From NCBI GenBank assembly GCA_903874585.1, contig CAIQSY010000091.1:1-48594 (forward strand): a stretch of 48,594 bases of DNA, in the 5' to 3' direction. Below the pieces are notes generated by a model that was not told the DNA's origin, searched no databases, and saw only the letters and a list, made by a program, of their open reading frames with translations. Positions 31,526 through 41,455 of this stretch are shown piece after piece. This DNA is from an uncultured Chlorobiaceae bacterium (GTDB lineage Bacteria > Bacteroidota > Chlorobiia > Chlorobiales > Chlorobiaceae). Both the position numbers and the translations under genes were made by a program. The number at the start of each line of letters is the position of its first letter. Within the stretch, counting starts at the first letter, position 1.

Positions 31526-32464
31526 TTATCGTTGACTCTTTTTTATAAAATACACCAACGTGTCAGCATGATTTGGATCTATGATGCCTGATATCGCATC
31601 CATACTGCCACGAATGATTGCGGAGGCAATTCTTAAAATATGAAACCCTCCTCCACTTCTTTTGCAGGCAAGTTGTTCACTGTATAAATTGTTATAGAGT
31701 GCGTCAGGGAAATATGTGCTTCGTTTTGTAATGATCAATTCGTGTTGATCAAGAAGTTTCGCTAAAGTCTCTGGTAAAAAGTGATAAAGATGCCGAGGCG
31801 CATCATACGCTATCCAGTTTTTTTTATAGCGTTTAGCACTGCCACAGGCATGATTAGGTAGCGTAACCACCATTATACCGTCTGGCGCAAGGAGCTCTTT
31901 AAGGGTGTGAAGTGTTTCGTGTAATGCGTGAATATGCTCAAGCGTGTGCCACAAAACGATCCGATCAAACTTTTTCACTTCATTGTGTTGTAATAGAGTT
32001 GTTACCTTTAAGCCAAATTTTTTTCGAGCGTATTCTGCTGAGGGTGCATGAGATTCGACACCAGCAATATTTTTGACAGGTATTCCTTTGTGACGTTGAC
32101 AAAAATGTAAAAGTTCACCAGTAGAGCAGCCGATTTCAAGAAGAGTATGTTGATGACTTGGTTTGATAGTTTTTGTAAAAATGAGATGAGTTTTGTAATG
32201 CAACAGTAACGATCGTGCAGTCAGCATCACTTTTTGAACGAGCGTAACGTTCTTATTTATAAAGAAATAAGGTTCGTATTCACCATCAGGATAATGCTTA
32301 GCTATTTCAGTGCTGTCAGGACGAGGGTTAAGCATCACAAGACCAGACTCACATGATTGCACAAGCTCCCAATAGTTTGCTTGCAAATGGTCAAAACGAT
32401 CAAAAACAGTCAACCATGGAGTAAAAGTCGTGGAGTTGCTTATTGGGCAGGGCACATACTCCAT
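31526..32464 (-). CDS. Class I SAM-dependent methyltransferase
   Basis: LLEIGCSTG, FDRIVLWHTLEH, LAPDG, DAPRHLYHF. Confidence 0.88.
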   Translation of the reverse strand: MEYVPCPISNSTTFTPWLTVFDRFDHLQANYWELVQSCESGLVMLNPRPDSTEIAKHYPDGEYEPYFFINKNVTLVQKVMLTARSLLLHYKTHLIFTKTIKPSHQHTLLEIGCSTGELLHFCQRHKGIPVKNIAGVESHAPSAEYARKKFGLKVTTLLQHNEVKKFDRIVLWHTLEHIHALHETLHTLKELLAPDGIMVVTLPNHACGSAKRYKKNWIAYDAPRHLYHFLPETLAKLLDQHELIITKRSTYFPDALYNNLYSEQLACKRSGGGFHILRIASAIIRGSMDAISGIIDPNHADTLVYFIKKSQR

Positions 32465-32502
32465 GGAAAATTCTAATGAGGAAGAAAAAGATGAGATTGT
32501 TT

Positions 32503-33012
32503 TTAAACCTTGGCAAGGTCGGCAAAGGCTTTTTTCAGATTTTGATAAGTATTCGTCATATCATTGCTGAGGACTTTGGCATCAGCAAGTATAGGCATGA
32601 AATTCGTATCCCCTTCCCAGCGTGGAACAATGTGAAAATGAATATGATTATCGACACTTCCACCAGCAACGCGTCCAATATTTGCCCCAACATTAAAGCC
32701 TTGCGGTCTTAATGTAACTTTTAATGCTCGAATGGACATGTCGGCCAACTCCATGACTTCCAGTTTTGTCTCTTGGTCTAACTCTGAAAAATCTGGTGTC
32801 TGCGTGTAAGGTATGACCATAAGATGACCACAATTATAAGGATAGAGGTTCATAATAATAAAACACCTTTTACCGCGAAAAAGCACAAAACGTTTCTCAT
32901 CATCCTCAGGAGAAATATCGGCAAATACCGACTTTCCCTCTTTGTTTGAAGGCTTGTCATCCTTGAACGATTGCATGTACACCTCACGCCATGGCGAGTA
33001 CATTCTGTCCAT
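32503..33012 (-). CDS. HIT family hydrolase (Ap4A phosphorylase-like)
   Basis: NLYPYNCGHLM, GFNVGANIG, HIHFHIVPRW; start at MDRMYSPW because the longer ORF overlaps the tRNA. Confidence 0.92.
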   Translation of the reverse strand: MDRMYSPWREVYMQSFKDDKPSNKEGKSVFADISPEDDEKRFVLFRGKRCFIIMNLYPYNCGHLMVIPYTQTPDFSELDQETKLEVMELADMSIRALKVTLRPQGFNVGANIGRVAGGSVDNHIHFHIVPRWEGDTNFMPILADAKVLSNDMTNTYQNLKKAFADLAKV

Positions 33013-33068
33013 AATGGAATAAGCTCCGAGTTTTTTACTTTTTTTATTATGCTTGTTGCTGAGAAGAG

Positions 33069-33153
33069 TACCAAAGATGGGAATCGAACCCACACGAGTT
33101 ATTCACTCACTGGATTTTGAGTCCAGCGCGTCTACCAGTTCCGCCACTTTGGC
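33069..33153 (-). tRNA. tRNA-Leu(CAA)
   Basis: GCCAAAG acceptor stem, TGGCGGAACTGGTAGACGC D arm, CTGGA-CTCAAAA-TCCAG anticodon arm, long variable arm, GGTTCGATTCC; CCA not encoded. Confidence 0.95.
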
Positions 33154-33163
33154 ATACCATTTC

Positions 33164-33248
33164 TGGTGCGAGAGAAGGGACTCGAACCCTTACGCCTCAC
33201 GGCACTAGTTCCTAAGACTAGCGTGTATACCAATTTCACCACTCTCGC
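33164..33248 (-). tRNA. tRNA-Leu(TAG)
   Basis: GCGAGAG acceptor stem, CTAGT-CTTAGGA-ACTAG anticodon arm, variable arm, GGTTCGAGTCC, encoded CCA. Confidence 0.95.
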
Positions 33249-33367
33249 ATTTTTAACAAGGCGATAATATACGTGGTATTTATTCTAATAAAAACTATCT
33301 TTCAAAAATTTTTGCAGAGGATTATGCTCAAATAAGTAAGTTATTTCATTTTATACGTTTATCGCTT

Positions 33368-33961
33368 ATGTTGTCTGCTGTGCGCCGTATTGCGGACGTA
33401 ATTTCTTGGATTATCAGTCCCGTTGTGGTTGCGCCTGCAGTCTACATTGCACTTGTGCAGCTTGGTTTCGGGCATGATGTACATAGACTCTATTATTTGA
33501 TCGTGCTGTTTTTGGCAAGCACTGTTGTGCCCGTACTGCTGATTTCAGGATTAAAGAAAACAGGTAAAATTTCGGATTTCAATATTAGTTTTCGTGAACA
33601 GAGATTTATGCCGCTCCTGGTTCTTGTTGGTGTTAATGCGCTTGGTTATGAATTTATTCAGCAAGTAAATGCCCCACGGTTACTGACGGGTATTTTGCTA
33701 TTTAATGCGATTAATATGATTTTAATTCTGCTGATTACTTTACAGTGGAAAATCAGTATCCACCTCTTTACTCTTACATCATCAATTGCTTTGCTTTTTG
33801 TACAGTTTGGGACAGTTGCTTTATGGTTCTTACTGCTTATGCCTATACTTATGTGGTCAAGAATTTTTCTCAAAGCCCATAATTTTATGCAAACTCTTAT
33901 AGGAGGCATTGTTGGATTTATCTTGATGTATGCCGAGTTAACCTGGTGGACAGGATTGTGA
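33368..33961 (+). CDS. Multi-pass membrane protein, PAP2-like C-terminus
   Basis: ~6 TM segments; KISIH and WSRIFLKAH..Q..GG motifs. Confidence 0.75.
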   Translation: MLSAVRRIADVISWIISPVVVAPAVYIALVQLGFGHDVHRLYYLIVLFLASTVVPVLLISGLKKTGKISDFNISFREQRFMPLLVLVGVNALGYEFIQQVNAPRLLTGILLFNAINMILILLITLQWKISIHLFTLTSSIALLFVQFGTVALWFLLLMPILMWSRIFLKAHNFMQTLIGGIVGFILMYAELTWWTGL

Positions 33962-35007
33962 CGAAAAAAAAATATGCAGTTATTGTCACAACGTATGGAG
34001 AAGTTGAGAGGGTTACTATCCGAAGTTTGTGGCCGAGTTCAAGAAAAATTCTTCGCACCGTAACACGCCAGATTGTTCATATTCCTGAAGCCTTAATTTA
34101 TTTTATTGCGGATTATCGATCCACGAAACATTATTTTAAGTGGAAAAGTCATCATTACCACTCATCATTACTTGCTGTTAATCGTGCTCAAAAAGAGCGA
34201 TTAGCCTTATTACTTGCGGTCAGCGATAATGTGATTTTTGATACCGTTGAAGTTACGGTATTTGATGCGTATTATTTTGTTCAGCCTTATCTTGAAGAAA
34301 CACTCGAGAAGCTTCGGTATCAGTATGATGGTTTTGTGATTGTACCTATGATTCCTGTTGAATCAGCATTTTCCTGTGGTGTAGCGTGTCAAATGGTGAT
34401 CGACGCATACGGTGATGCAGCATTTCTTCAGGTGCGAGTATTGAGGAAGCTTTGGAATGATGCGCGATTACATCAACTCTATACTGATTATCTGTTTGAA
34501 CAACTTTCTCCAGTATTAAAGCAACGCAGAGAATTGAAGATAGGGCTTATCCTTGTTATTCATGGTACATTAGTCACCGATCGTTTTGGAAATCCACCAG
34601 CACTTTTTACCGGTTTGCCTGAAACGATAGCATTTTTTGATGCCATGAAAAATATCATTATGAGGGATCCCCAAAATATTTTTCATGATGTACGACAAGG
34701 GTGTATTAACCATTCCCGTGGTGGGTTTTGGACTCCTGATACCATCGAAAAAGCGCTTCATGACTTTAAGTCAGAGGGGTATGCTGGTGTGGTGATGTTT
34801 CCTTATGGTTTTTTTGCTGATAACAGCGAAACCGAATTTGATGCGCGTAAGCAACTCGATGAAGCGGACTTTCCATTTTCTCAATATATTCATTGCATTA
34901 ATGATGCGCCGATATTTGGAGATTGGCTGGCGGATAAAGTGCTTGATGGCCTCCATACACTTCATCACCTACAGGATGCTTTAGAGATGCATGAACTTGG
35001 GCAGTAA
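33958..35007 (+). CDS. Ferrochelatase-like (class II chelatase) protein
   Basis: TYGE start, YYFVQPYLEE, VPMIP, VIHG, FPYGFFADNSETEFD, CIND; GTG start overlaps the upstream TGA. Confidence 0.75.
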   Translation: MTKKKYAVIVTTYGEVERVTIRSLWPSSRKILRTVTRQIVHIPEALIYFIADYRSTKHYFKWKSHHYHSSLLAVNRAQKERLALLLAVSDNVIFDTVEVTVFDAYYFVQPYLEETLEKLRYQYDGFVIVPMIPVESAFSCGVACQMVIDAYGDAAFLQVRVLRKLWNDARLHQLYTDYLFEQLSPVLKQRRELKIGLILVIHGTLVTDRFGNPPALFTGLPETIAFFDAMKNIIMRDPQNIFHDVRQGCINHSRGGFWTPDTIEKALHDFKSEGYAGVVMFPYGFFADNSETEFDARKQLDEADFPFSQYIHCINDAPIFGDWLADKVLDGLHTLHHLQDALEMHELGQ

Positions 35008-35037
35008 ATTTTTGATAATCTGTTTTATACAACTGAT

Positions 35038-35631
35038 ATGACTGTTAAAGAGGGTATTATCCCTAATCCTTATGCCGAAAGCGGTTGTCACGAATATGAA
35101 ATCGCTCTCCGTTATATTGATCAGCAGCGTCATAGTGAAGCGCTTGAATTACTGAACCGGTGTATAGATATCAAGCGACGTGATCCCTCACTTCTTTATG
35201 CTCGCGCTGTGACCGCTTTGGCGCTGGGCAGTTATCGTAAAGCAGCCTGTGATTTGATGAAAACGATTGTGCTTGATCCTGGATTTCTACATGCCTATAA
35301 GCATCTCGGTTTTGTGCAATTTATGCTGGGTAAAGATGAGTCAGCTATGAAAACCCTCAAAAAAGGTATTCAGATTGATCCATACTATGCTGCATTTTAT
35401 TGTGTTATGGGTGATGCGTACCTTGATCAAGGAGAGTTGGATCAGGCTAAAGAGGCGTTTGACAAAGCCCTTGAACTTGAACCTGATAATGTTGAGCCAC
35501 ATAGTAAGATTGCTATGTATTATGTGGCAAAAGGAGATATGAAGGGCTTAAAGCTTGAATATGAAATACTTAAAACGCTGGATGCAGCTTTAGCAGAACA
35601 AATTGGCACTCTTTTTTTTGATATAGCATGA
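35038..35631 (+). CDS. TPR repeat protein
   Basis: Several 34-aa TPR-like units (AYKHLG, MGDAY..GELDQAKEAFDKALELEP). Confidence 0.85.
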   Translation: MTVKEGIIPNPYAESGCHEYEIALRYIDQQRHSEALELLNRCIDIKRRDPSLLYARAVTALALGSYRKAACDLMKTIVLDPGFLHAYKHLGFVQFMLGKDESAMKTLKKGIQIDPYYAAFYCVMGDAYLDQGELDQAKEAFDKALELEPDNVEPHSKIAMYYVAKGDMKGLKLEYEILKTLDAALAEQIGTLFFDIA

Positions 35632-35873
35632 AATTTTTACCTGACATCGAGACCAGAAAACGGTTTATGAAGAACACCCTTCCATTTCTCTTTGGATTGG
35701 CTTGGATGCCTGTTGTAGGGGTGATTTTTCTTGCGATATTTGCTCAACCCATGGCAGCCATTATTGGCTGGCCTGTTACGCTTGTTTTTTCAGTGCTTCT
35801 CACACTTTTCTGTACCGTTGTGTTGTTGCGGTTTTTCCGACGCATAGTCCATAATCTGCATCAGAAAAGTTAA
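35628..35873 (+). CDS. Small two-TM membrane protein
   Basis: Two hydrophobic helices; 4-nt overlap with the upstream gene. Confidence 0.7.
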   Translation: MKFLPDIETRKRFMKNTLPFLFGLAWMPVVGVIFLAIFAQPMAAIIGWPVTLVFSVLLTLFCTVVLLRFFRRIVHNLHQKS

Positions 35874-36003
35874 TAAAGATTAGTGTGGTTTATTTTTTTC
35901 TGAGTTAAAAGATTTTTTTATATTGTAATTACGTGAGTGTATAGTTTTTCACAGAAATTTTTAGAAAGCTTGTCAAAGCTAACTTAACTGAAATTGGCAT
36001 GAT

Positions 36004-36447
36004 ATGGATCAGACCCTAAGCAATTTTGGCAATGTTTTCGTTTTTCTTGCGCTTGGCATAGTGTTTGTTGTCGGTGGTTTTATGACAGCACGTCTTTTGC
36101 GCCCACAAAGACCAAATCCTGCTAAAAATTCAACCTATGAGTGTGGTGAAGAGGCGGTTGGTAGTGCTTGGGTTAAATTCAATATTCGTTTTTATGTTGT
36201 AGCTCTTATCTTTATCATTTTTGATGTTGAGGTCGTTTTCCTCTATCCATGGGCAACAATATTTAAACAACTTGGGACTTTTGCTCTTTTTGAAGCACTT
36301 GTCTTTGCAGGTATACTGATACTCGGTCTTGCTTATGCTTGGGTAAAAGGTGATTTGGATTGGGTAAGACCCACACCGAACATTCCGAAAATGCCAGAAA
36401 TGCCTAAAGTTCTATCGACAAAATCTACCTCATCCACTATTCAATAG
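36004..36447 (+). CDS. nuoA: NADH-quinone oxidoreductase subunit A
   Basis: [20 protein letters not shown]. Confidence 0.96.
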   Translation: MDQTLSNFGNVFVFLALGIVFVVGGFMTARLLRPQRPNPAKNSTYECGEEAVGSAWVKFNIRFYVVALIFIIFDVEVVFLYPWATIFKQLGTFALFEALVFAGILILGLAYAWVKGDLDWVRPTPNIPKMPEMPKVLSTKSTSSTIQ

Positions 36448-36453
36448 AACGTT

Positions 36454-37023
36454 ATGGGTTTGCTTGATGCCGGAATTACAAGGCATAATGTGCTGGTGAC
36501 ATCAGTTGATAATGTACTTAATTGGGCACGCCTCTCTTCTTTGTGGCCTATGGGTTTTGGTCTGGCATGTTGTGCTATTGAGATGATGGCAACCAACGCT
36601 TCTAATTATGATTTAGAGCGTTTTGGAATTTTCCCTCGTTCCTCGCCTCGTCAATCAGATCTTATGATTGTTGCTGGTACGGTAACGATGAAAATGGCAG
36701 AGAGGGTTATTCGCCTCTACGAGCAGATGCCAGAGCCTCGTTATGTTTTATCAATGGGTAGTTGTTCAAATTGTGGTGGTCCTTACTGGGAGCATGGTTA
36801 TCACGTTCTTAAAGGTGTTGATCGTGTTATACCTGTTGATGTTTATGTTCCTGGTTGTCCGCCAAGACCTGAGTCTCTTATTGGTGGTCTTATGAAAGTC
36901 CAGGAGTTGATAAGAATGGAGCAGATAGGTATATCAAGAGCAGACGCATTGAAGAAGTTATCTGAGAAGCCCGTTGATCCGCAGTTTATTATTGAACATG
37001 ATCGTCAAGCATCGAAAGCTTAA
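36454..37023 (+). CDS. nuoB: NADH-quinone oxidoreductase subunit B
   Basis: [28 protein letters not shown]. Confidence 0.97.
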   Translation: MGLLDAGITRHNVLVTSVDNVLNWARLSSLWPMGFGLACCAIEMMATNASNYDLERFGIFPRSSPRQSDLMIVAGTVTMKMAERVIRLYEQMPEPRYVLSMGSCSNCGGPYWEHGYHVLKGVDRVIPVDVYVPGCPPRPESLIGGLMKVQELIRMEQIGISRADALKKLSEKPVDPQFIIEHDRQASKA

Positions 37024-37046
37024 TTAAATATAAGGTTTGCTATCAG

Positions 37047-37565
37047 ATGAAAGAGGGACAGCAGATGTCGCAGTCTGTAAAAGAAAGCGAGGCAGCATAT
37101 AATATTATTCAAGAGCAGTTTGGTTCTGCAATTTCAGTTTTTGATGCCAATGAAACTATGCCTTTTTTTGAGGTGCTTGATGTTTCTCGTTGGACTGAAA
37201 TAGCTTTGTTCATGCGTGATCACACCAAGTTAAAGTTCAATTATTTAGCATGTCTTTCAGGAGTTGATTATCCGACTGAAGAGAAGGTAGGTGTTGTGTA
37301 TAATTGTGAATCACTTGGGATTTTTAATCATAAATTAGCAGTAAAAATCAGGTGTTCCCGTCAAGGCGGTTCTATTCCGAGTGTTGCTTATGTTTGGCAT
37401 ACGGCTAATTGGCATGAAAGAGAGGCGTTTGATATGTATGGTATGACTTTTACAGGTCACCCTGATCTTACAAGAATTCTCTGCCCTGATGATTGGGTGG
37501 GGCATCCACTGTTAAAGGATTATAAGGTTCAGGAGACTTATCACGGAATAAAGGTGCCCTACTAA
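37047..37565 (+). CDS. nuoC: NADH-quinone oxidoreductase subunit C
   Basis: [28 protein letters not shown]. Confidence 0.95.
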   Translation: MKEGQQMSQSVKESEAAYNIIQEQFGSAISVFDANETMPFFEVLDVSRWTEIALFMRDHTKLKFNYLACLSGVDYPTEEKVGVVYNCESLGIFNHKLAVKIRCSRQGGSIPSVAYVWHTANWHEREAFDMYGMTFTGHPDLTRILCPDDWVGHPLLKDYKVQETYHGIKVPY

Positions 37566-37596
37566 TAGAGATTTAAATAGTAAAAGCAGCTCACCT

Positions 37597-38799
37597 ATGC
37601 AGGAATTAGATACAGTTGGACAGGGTTCTGTCAGGATTACCCGAAAAAACGACAATATTGTGGTGATTGAGAAAGATCTCATTACAGAGCAGATGGTGCT
37701 TGCTATGGGGCCTCAGCATCCATCAACTCATGGAGTTCTTAAATTAGAGTGTTTTACAGATGGTGAGGTTATTACAGAAGCTATTCCTTGTTTAGGTTAT
37801 CTCCATCGTTGTTTCGAAAAAACATGTGAACGAGTTGATTATCCAGCGGTAGTTCCTTATACAGATCGGTTAGATTATCTTGCCGCAATGAATACTGAAT
37901 TTGCTTATGCTATAGCTGTTGAAAAATTATTGGATATCGAAATTCCTCGAAGAGTTGAATTTATTCGAGTTATCGTTGCCGAGTTGAATAGGATAGCATC
38001 ACACCTTGTTGCTATTGGTACCTATGGTATTGATCTTGGCGCTTTTACTCCATTTCTTTTTTGTTTTCGTGATCGAGAAATTATTCTTGGTCTTCTTGAG
38101 TGGGCGTCTGGTGCACGTATGCTTTATAATTATATATGGATAGGTGGTCTTGCTTATGATGTTCCTTCTGATTTTTTAAAGAGAGTTAAAGAATTTGTCA
38201 ACTACTTTAAACCAAAAGCTGTCGAACTTTGCAATCTTCTTACTGAAAATGAGATTTTTGTAAAGCGTACATGGGGTATTGGTATGATGCCAGCAGATGT
38301 GGCAATTAATTATGGTTGGTCTGGCCCAATGCTTCGGGGTTCAGGTGTTAAATGGGATTTAAGAAGAAACGATCCTTACTCTATTTATCCAGAGCTTGAC
38401 TTTAACATTCCTGTCCCTGATGGTAAGTCTTCTGTTGTTGGCGATTGTTTATCCCGTCACCTTGTTCGTGCGTATGAGATGGACGAAAGCTTAAAAATTA
38501 TTGAACAGTGTCTCGAGAAAATTCCATCCTCTGAGGGTTTTAATTCCAGATCAGCAATTCCAAAGCGTATTCGTCCAAAAGCGGGTGAGGTTTATGCTCG
38601 AGCAGAGAATCCTCGCGGTGAACTTGGTTTTTATATTGAAAGTGATGGTAAATCTACCAAACCAGTTCGTTGTAAAGCTCGTTCTTCCTGTTTTGTCAAT
38701 CTTTCTGCGATGAAAGATATGTCGAAAGGACAGCTTATTCCTGACTTGGTAGCAATTATTGGTAGCATTGATATTGTTCTTGGGGAGGTTGATCGATGA
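37597..38799 (+). CDS. nuoD: NADH-quinone oxidoreductase subunit D
   Basis: [36 protein letters not shown]. Confidence 0.97.
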   Translation: MQELDTVGQGSVRITRKNDNIVVIEKDLITEQMVLAMGPQHPSTHGVLKLECFTDGEVITEAIPCLGYLHRCFEKTCERVDYPAVVPYTDRLDYLAAMNTEFAYAIAVEKLLDIEIPRRVEFIRVIVAELNRIASHLVAIGTYGIDLGAFTPFLFCFRDREIILGLLEWASGARMLYNYIWIGGLAYDVPSDFLKRVKEFVNYFKPKAVELCNLLTENEIFVKRTWGIGMMPADVAINYGWSGPMLRGSGVKWDLRRNDPYSIYPELDFNIPVPDGKSSVVGDCLSRHLVRAYEMDESLKIIEQCLEKIPSSEGFNSRSAIPKRIRPKAGEVYARAENPRGELGFYIESDGKSTKPVRCKARSSCFVNLSAMKDMSKGQLIPDLVAIIGSIDIVLGEVDR

Positions 38800-39902
38800 C
38801 TTTAAATTTTAGTATACCTTTTCTTATGGGTAGTAGTCTTAATGTCTGGTCTGAAGCTCTTGTAGGGTTTAATTTATGGGGACTACCGCTTGGGCTTATT
38901 ATTCTTGCGGCCATACCGTTGGTTTTCATTGCTCTTTATTCGCTTACCTATGGTGTTTACGGTGAACGAAAAATTTCCGCGTTCATGCAGGATCGTCTTG
39001 GTCCTATGGATGTCGGTAAATGGGGCATCCTTCAGACCATTGCCGATATTTTGAAATTAATTCAGAAAGAAGATATTGTCCCAACATCAGCCGATAAGTT
39101 TCTTTTTGTGATAGGTCCAGGTGTTCTTTTTGTAGCCTCATTTCTTGCATACGCTGTTTTACCGTTTAGTTCAGCATTTATAGGAGCGAACCTTAATGTT
39201 GGATTATATTATGCAATAGGAATTGTTGCACTTGAGGTTGTTGGTATTCTTGCTGCCGGATGGGGCTCGAACAATAAATGGGCACTTTATGGTGCTGTTC
39301 GTAGTGTTGCGCAGATTGTCAGTTATGAAATTCCTGCAGCAATTGCTTTACTTTGTGGAGCGATGATGGCTGGTACGCTTGATATGCAGCAAATCACTCT
39401 TCTCCAATCAGGTGATTATGGTTTTGTTCATTTTTATCTTTTCCAATCACCAATTGCTTGGTTGCCTTTTCTCATTTACTTTGTAGCATCTCTCGCTGAA
39501 GTAAATCGCGCTCCATTTGATATCCCTGAAGCAGAGTCTGAACTTGTTGCTGGTTATTTTACAGAGTATTCTGGTATGAAATTCGCTGTAATATTCCTCG
39601 CAGAGTATGGAAGTATGTTTATGGTTTCCGCCATCATTTCGGTTGTTTTTCTTGGAGGTTGGAATTCACCACTTCCTAATATTGGTTCATTGGCTCTGAA
39701 TACTTGGACAAATGGTCCGGTTTGGGGTGCATTTTGGATGATAATGAAAGGTTTTTTCTTTATTTTTGTACAGATGTGGCTTCGCTGGACTCTTCCTCGC
39801 TTAAGAGTTGACCAGTTGATGTACCTTTGTTGGAAAGTTTTGACGCCTTTTGCCTTTATTAGTTTTGTTTTAACGGCGATTTGGGAGATTTATGTCCCTT
39901 AA
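38796..39902 (+). CDS. nuoH: NADH-quinone oxidoreductase subunit H
   Basis: [48 protein letters not shown]. Confidence 0.97.
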   Translation: MTLNFSIPFLMGSSLNVWSEALVGFNLWGLPLGLIILAAIPLVFIALYSLTYGVYGERKISAFMQDRLGPMDVGKWGILQTIADILKLIQKEDIVPTSADKFLFVIGPGVLFVASFLAYAVLPFSSAFIGANLNVGLYYAIGIVALEVVGILAAGWGSNNKWALYGAVRSVAQIVSYEIPAAIALLCGAMMAGTLDMQQITLLQSGDYGFVHFYLFQSPIAWLPFLIYFVASLAEVNRAPFDIPEAESELVAGYFTEYSGMKFAVIFLAEYGSMFMVSAIISVVFLGGWNSPLPNIGSLALNTWTNGPVWGAFWMIMKGFFFIFVQMWLRWTLPRLRVDQLMYLCWKVLTPFAFISFVLTAIWEIYVP

Positions 39903-39952
39903 TAAAAAAGTATTAAAAAGATACATGACGGTAAGTAATGATTATATAACTT

Positions 39953-40549
39953 ATGAGTGAGTATTTTGGTAATATAAAATCCAGTGCTGTAACCATAGCA
40001 ACTGGTATGGGAATTACTCTAAAGCATTTTTTTAATGCTATTCATCGTAAGGGTGATGCTGGGCTAGACGATGTTGACTATTTTAAGCAAGTTGACGGTT
40101 TAGTTACTTTACAGTATCCTCATGAGGCTATACCCACCCCTACACGTGGTCGTTATCGTCTTTACAATGAGGTGGATAATTGTATAGGATGCGGTCAGTG
40201 TGTTAGAGCATGTCCAATAAGCTGTATCACTATGGAAACGATTAAAACTGCTGCAGATGATCTCGTTTCGTGTGGTAAAACAAAAGATGGGCAACAAAAA
40301 AAGTTTTGGATTCCTGTTTTTGATATTGATATCGCAAAATGTATGACTTGCGGTATTTGTACCACAGTTTGTCCTACTGAATGTCTTTTTCATACCCCGG
40401 TAAGTGATTTTTCTGAGTTTGATAGAGAAAATTTAGTTTATCATTTTGGTAATCTTACCCATCTTGAAGCCGAAGCGAAAAGAACAAAACTTGCAGAACT
40501 TCAAGCTAAAGCACAAGCAGAGAAAGAGAAAAAGTCGCTGGAAAAATGA
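39953..40549 (+). CDS. nuoI: NADH-quinone oxidoreductase subunit I
   Basis: TLQYP, CIGCGQCVRACP, CMTCGICTTVCP. Confidence 0.95.
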   Translation: MSEYFGNIKSSAVTIATGMGITLKHFFNAIHRKGDAGLDDVDYFKQVDGLVTLQYPHEAIPTPTRGRYRLYNEVDNCIGCGQCVRACPISCITMETIKTAADDLVSCGKTKDGQQKKFWIPVFDIDIAKCMTCGICTTVCPTECLFHTPVSDFSEFDRENLVYHFGNLTHLEAEAKRTKLAELQAKAQAEKEKKSLEK

Positions 40550-40567
40550 TACTTGTTTAATAATCCT

Positions 40568-41080
40568 ATGAGTAACCAGAGCTATACCATTATTTTTTAT
40601 ATTTTTGCAGTTATTACGGTTTGTTCTGCTGCATTTGTTGTTTTCACTCGTAATGTTATTTATTCTGCATTTTCATTGCTGTTTACTTTTTTTGGGATAG
40701 CAGCACTCTATGTTTTTCTTAGTGCAGATTTTATCGCAGTTACTCAGGTTGTTGTCTATGTGGGTGGTATTTTAGTTTTACTGCTTTTTGGTGTAATGTT
40801 TACGAATAATATTATGAACCCGGGTCAAAAAACGGAAGTCATTAATATTATTCCTGGTATTTTATTACTTATCGGCATAATAGGAGCTACCCTTTATGCT
40901 TTTTATACTAATGATGGTTGGGTCAAGACAGGTACTATGTTGCAAGGTAGTGTGGTAGAGCGTATTGGGTTTGAAACTATGTCACGTTATGTTTTACCTT
41001 TTGAAATGTCATCTATTTTATTGCTTGCTGCCCTTATAGGCGCTGCATTTCTTGCTCGTTTTGATAAAACTGAACACTAA
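40568..41080 (+). CDS. nuoJ: NADH-quinone oxidoreductase subunit J
   Basis: QVVVYVGGILVL, YVLPFE..SILLL; ATG at 40568. Confidence 0.95.
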   Translation: MSNQSYTIIFYIFAVITVCSAAFVVFTRNVIYSAFSLLFTFFGIAALYVFLSADFIAVTQVVVYVGGILVLLLFGVMFTNNIMNPGQKTEVINIIPGILLLIGIIGATLYAFYTNDGWVKTGTMLQGSVVERIGFETMSRYVLPFEMSSILLLAALIGAAFLARFDKTEH

Positions 41081-41093
41081 CACAATCTAAACT

Positions 41094-41417
41094 ATGGATA
41101 TACAGCAATTGACAACAATTGGGATTTATCATTATCTGACTATATCTGCATTGCTTTTGGGTTTGGGTATTTTTGCTGTAATGACTCGTAGAAATGCTAT
41201 TGTGATTCTTATGGGGGTTGAATTAATTTTAAATGCAGCCAACATAAATTTTTTGGCATTTTCCAAATATAATGGCGGCATGGAAGGTGTTATGTTTTCG
41301 TTGTTTATTATTGTTATAGCTGCCGCAGAAGCAGCAATTGCACTTGCAATAATTATCAATATTTACAAGCTATTTAAAAGTGTTGATGTATCACGTATTG
41401 ATACCATGAAAGAGTAA
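41094..41417 (+). CDS. nuoK: NADH-quinone oxidoreductase subunit K
   Basis: RRNAI..LMGVELILNA, AAAEAAIALA. Confidence 0.96.
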   Translation: MDIQQLTTIGIYHYLTISALLLGLGIFAVMTRRNAIVILMGVELILNAANINFLAFSKYNGGMEGVMFSLFIIVIAAAEAAIALAIIINIYKLFKSVDVSRIDTMKE

Positions 41418-41455
41418 AAAATTTTATTTTATTTTTCGTAAACATTTTATAGAAC

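Noticed and set aside
31526-32464. Cognate DNA methyltransferase for the NotI-like gene
   Set aside because: Lacks DPPY/NPPY/SPPY or PC catalytic motifs; looks like a small-molecule/glycan methyltransferase and lies 13 kb away
33013-33093. N-terminal extension of the HIT ORF
   Set aside because: Runs into tRNA-Leu(CAA); the real start is likely 33012
33069-33248. tRNA-targeted integrative element
   Set aside because: No integrase or duplicated tRNA 3' end seen; flanks are ordinary genes
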